Virus record (IMG/VR): IMGVR_UViG_3300030098_005893
Coordinates: 44,944-64,943 of that record
Direction: 5' to 3' (one strand)
DNA length: 20,000 bases
Source of the DNA: an uncultured virus (IMG/VR IMGVR_UViG_3300030098_005893)
Lineage: Duplodnaviria > Heunggongvirae > Uroviricota > Caudoviricetes
Shown here: positions 17,495 through 20,000 of the stretch, piece by piece
Layout: each line of letters begins with the position of its first letter
Numbering within the stretch: position 1 is the first letter of the stretch
Position numbers and translations under genes: made by a program
Notes under the pieces: generated by a model
Database searches by the model: none
Told to the model about the DNA's origin: nothing
Seen by the model: the letters and a program-made list of their open reading frames with translations, nothing else

Positions 17495-19329
17495 AGGTGC
17501 AACTTACCGACGATCAGGCAGACGAGCTTCTTCGTGCTGCTTGCATGGAAAATGAAGACGCTTGGGTCGAGCAGTTTGGCAAGATCCTTAAAAAGGACGG
17601 GGCTGTAGAGACTCCCGTCCTTAACTATTTGCAAGAGCAGGTCTGTGACGCAATAAGATGGTGCAGAGAGAATGAATATCCATGTAGGATAATTATCCTC
17701 AAGCCACGCCAGAAAGGGTCCTCTACTGTTACCACGGCCTGTCTATACCACATGTTGCAGAGGAGGCAGTCCAACGGACTAATTATTGGCGGCGAATTTA
17801 GTCAAACGGATAACTTGTGGAAAATTACCAGAAGGTATTCGGATTACGACAAAATGAAGTGGCCCCACGAAAGACCAAGGATCACAAACGAAAGAGGGGC
17901 CTTTGGTAACGGCTCCATTCTTGAAAAGGAGACGGCGCAGGACTCAGAAGCCGGAAGATCAGGAACTTTTCACTTCGTCCTTGCAACGGAAATTGGACGC
18001 TGGAGAGACACCCCGGCCAGAAACTCCGCTGAAATCCTGACCGGGGTGATGGCCTGTGTTCCCGACCTTCCAGACACAGCGGTGGTTCTTGAATCAACCG
18101 CGCAAGGCCCGGCAGGGGTTTTCTATGACCGCTGGAATGACGCTGACGACTGGGAGCATGTCCAGACCCTTGCAAAAGGCGAGTGGAAAGGGCGGTGGAT
18201 AAGGATATTTGCTCCTTGGTATGCTTTCGAGGACGCCAAAGACAACCTTACTGCCGTAGAGGTTGAGGACCTCAGGCGATCTTTAACCCCCACGGAAAGG
18301 GAGCTTTTGGCGGATTACAAGTGCGTGGACAAATCGGGTAACGAACACACTATCACGATTAGCCATATTAGCTGGAGAAGAAAGATTCTGGAAAGCGAGT
18401 GCGATGGAGATGAGACCAAGTTCGACAGGGAGTTCCCCACCACCTCGCAACACGCCTTCAGAGCGTCTGCTAGGACGAGGTTCTCCCGTGATGGCCTCGA
18501 CTGGCAAAGGACCCATGCGACCGCTCAGAAGCCAATCTACGGCATTCCTGAGCTATCCGAGAGCGGCAAGCTGGTGAATTTCAGGCAATCTTCTTTGGAG
18601 GAGGCCATTGTCCATTGTTTTGAGAGGCCCCGAGAGGGATACTATTACCTAGTAAGCGCGGACTTGATGACCGGGCAGTCACAAGTTGGAGGCAAAGATC
18701 CCGATTGCCATTCGGTTTTGGTTTGGAGAAAAGGTTTTTTTGATCGTGATCGCGGGTGGATTCCGCCGTCTATGGTTGCAAGATTAAAGCCTGAGTGCAG
18801 GTGGGATATAGATGTTTTGGCAGAGTGGACATACAGGCTGGCCCACTGGTATGGGAAGTGCCTTCTAGTGTCTGAGATAAACTGCGACCGGGGGTTCGTG
18901 GAGCTTATCAGGGCCAAAGGAGACATCCCCATTTACCAAAGGGAGATATTTAACCATGTGAACCAAAAGAGGTCCAAGGCCTTTGGGTGGCACACCTCCA
19001 GTTCCACAAGATTGCAAATTGAGGAAACAATGGCCCGAAGCATCAGGGGATACGGGGAAGACGGAGGGGGTGTTCACCTCAACTGCTTACACCTCGTCTC
19101 AGAATGCGAGACGTTTTGTGTGAATGACAAGGGGAAGGCTGAGGCCTTGAGGGGGGCCCACGATGATGACGTAATGTCTGCGGGAATTGGGCTATGCGTT
19201 ATCGAACAGGCTACCAGATACAGAAACAGGTATGACGACATCCCCCTGCCGCGTGACCTGAAAAAAATAGAAAATAGGCGAAAAAGAGGCATTGCCACTG
19301 GACACCTTGGAAGAAGGGGATTCTACTGA
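17482..19329 (+). CDS. terL: Terminase large subunit
   Basis: Walker A IILKPRQKGSST, Walker B FVLATE, coupling motif ESTAQG, and nuclease acidic motifs SAD and HDDDVMS. Confidence 0.92.
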   Translation: MGEIEVQLTDDQADELLRAACMENEDAWVEQFGKILKKDGAVETPVLNYLQEQVCDAIRWCRENEYPCRIIILKPRQKGSSTVTTACLYHMLQRRQSNGLIIGGEFSQTDNLWKITRRYSDYDKMKWPHERPRITNERGAFGNGSILEKETAQDSEAGRSGTFHFVLATEIGRWRDTPARNSAEILTGVMACVPDLPDTAVVLESTAQGPAGVFYDRWNDADDWEHVQTLAKGEWKGRWIRIFAPWYAFEDAKDNLTAVEVEDLRRSLTPTERELLADYKCVDKSGNEHTITISHISWRRKILESECDGDETKFDREFPTTSQHAFRASARTRFSRDGLDWQRTHATAQKPIYGIPELSESGKLVNFRQSSLEEAIVHCFERPREGYYYLVSADLMTGQSQVGGKDPDCHSVLVWRKGFFDRDRGWIPPSMVARLKPECRWDIDVLAEWTYRLAHWYGKCLLVSEINCDRGFVELIRAKGDIPIYQREIFNHVNQKRSKAFGWHTSSSTRLQIEETMARSIRGYGEDGGGVHLNCLHLVSECETFCVNDKGKAEALRGAHDDDVMSAGIGLCVIEQATRYRNRYDDIPLPRDLKKIENRRKRGIATGHLGRRGFY

Positions 19330-19403
19330 ATACGTCGATTTGATCGACACACCTCAGAAACGTGTCGATATCTTCATAGGAAATCGACTTGCTGTCCACA
19401 GCC

Positions 19404-19437
19404 AGCCCCTCGGAGAGTTGCAACTCCGGGGGGTTTT
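19404..19437 (+). terminator. Intrinsic terminator after terL
   Basis: AGCCCCTCGGAG-AGTTGCAA-CTCCGGGGGGTT stem-loop followed by a T tract. Confidence 0.7.
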
Positions 19438-19445
19438 GCTATGAT
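19418..19445 (+). promoter_or_regulatory. Promoter TTGCAA-N16-TATGAT with extended -10 TG
   Basis: -35 at 19418-19423, TGc-TATGAT ending at 19445, GTG start at 19458. Confidence 0.65.
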
Positions 19446-19457
19446 TAGGAACGTGCC

Positions 19458-19778
19458 GTGAACATCCCCAAAGGAGTAACAATTGCAGGAGTTTTTGTGA
19501 AAATCATTAGGGAGGACCTTAGAGATGAGGACCACCACCCTAAGGGGTATTTTGGCTATTACTCCCATGAGCGCAGGGTCATAGCGATTGACAAGGGGCT
19601 AACCCCTGCTGCGGCCCGGGATACAATTCGGCACGAAATGATCCACGCCGCTTTGGCCATGTCTGGTCTGGATCATCTTGAGCATTTTGAGGAGGAGGCA
19701 GTCGTGCGGTGCATGGAGGAAATCTTCTTCCCGGCCTACGAAAGGTTTTTGCGGAACCTAAACAGGAAAAAGACTTGA
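19458..19778 (+). CDS. Small HExxH zinc-metallopeptidase-like protein
   Basis: GYFGYY...IAID...DTIRHEMIHA...EEEAVV pattern of minimal zincin (ImmA/IrrE-like) phage proteins. Confidence 0.7.
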   Translation: MNIPKGVTIAGVFVKIIREDLRDEDHHPKGYFGYYSHERRVIAIDKGLTPAAARDTIRHEMIHAALAMSGLDHLEHFEEEAVVRCMEEIFFPAYERFLRNLNRKKT

Positions 19779-19823
19779 TATTGCAGCTTGCAAAATAATT
19801 ACAGCGAAGCGCCTAATCGCTTC

Positions 19824-19851
19824 TTGCAAACTTGCAAGAAGTCCTCATAAT
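19824..19851 (+). promoter_or_regulatory. Promoter TTGCAA-N16-CATAAT within the inverted repeat CTTCTTGCAA-AC-TTGCAAGAAG
   Basis: -35 at 19824-19829, -10 at 19846-19851, ATG at 19861; perfect 10-bp inverted repeat at 19820-19841. Confidence 0.6.
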
Positions 19852-19860
19852 ACACAGGTT

Positions 19861-20000
19861 ATGCCAACGGTAGGAAAAAAGAAATTCCCTTACACTGAAG
19901 CAGGGAAGAAAGCAGCAGCAGCAGCCGCCGCCAGCGCAAATAAGGCGCGGAATATGGCTAAGGAGTGGGCTGAAGCGCCAATCGAGGGAGGCAACGACCA
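19861..20000 (+). CDS. Hypothetical protein, 3'-truncated (MPTVGKKKFPYTEAGKKAAAAAA...)
   Basis: ATG downstream of the predicted promoter; the frame is open to the window end. Confidence 0.6.
   Translation, partial: MPTVGKKKFPYTEAGKKAAAAAAASANKARNMAKEWAEAPIEGGND

Noticed and set aside
1..20000. Stop-codon reassignment (alternative genetic code)
   Set aside because: Long genes are intact in the standard code, and TAA, TAG and TGA all end genes at tight junctions.
1..20000. CRISPR array, tRNA, integrase, IS element or diversity-generating retroelement
   Set aside because: I saw no regularly spaced repeats, cloverleaf, recombinase/transposase or reverse transcriptase motifs. The fibre repeats differ at all base types, not only adenines.

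Overview
This window is the structural, lysis and packaging region of a tailed dsDNA phage or prophage, probably podovirus-like with a Gram-negative host. Gene order: 5'-truncated portal, small ORF, two-gene cassette on the minus strand, acidic scaffold, N4-gp56/DUF4043-type major capsid protein, two paralogous adaptor-like genes, two Thr-rich ORFs, tail fibre, probable unimolecular spanin (interrupted by a 10-N gap), RcGTA-type head-spike base plus a LamG-rich fibre, membrane-domain/lysozyme fusion, HTH protein, metallophosphoesterase, TM-PAS protein, terminase large subunit and small ORFs. The strongest unexplained signal is the palindrome TTGCAA. I counted about 49 copies by hand versus about 5 expected. 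It falls in all three codon positions, often in close pairs, and is the -35 box of repeated TTGCAA-N16-(-10) promoters, two of which are built into terminator hairpins. The lysis cassette is also unusual: a possible holin-endolysin fusion, a helical u-spanin and a PAS-bearing membrane protein. All product calls come from motif recognition by eye; no searches were run.
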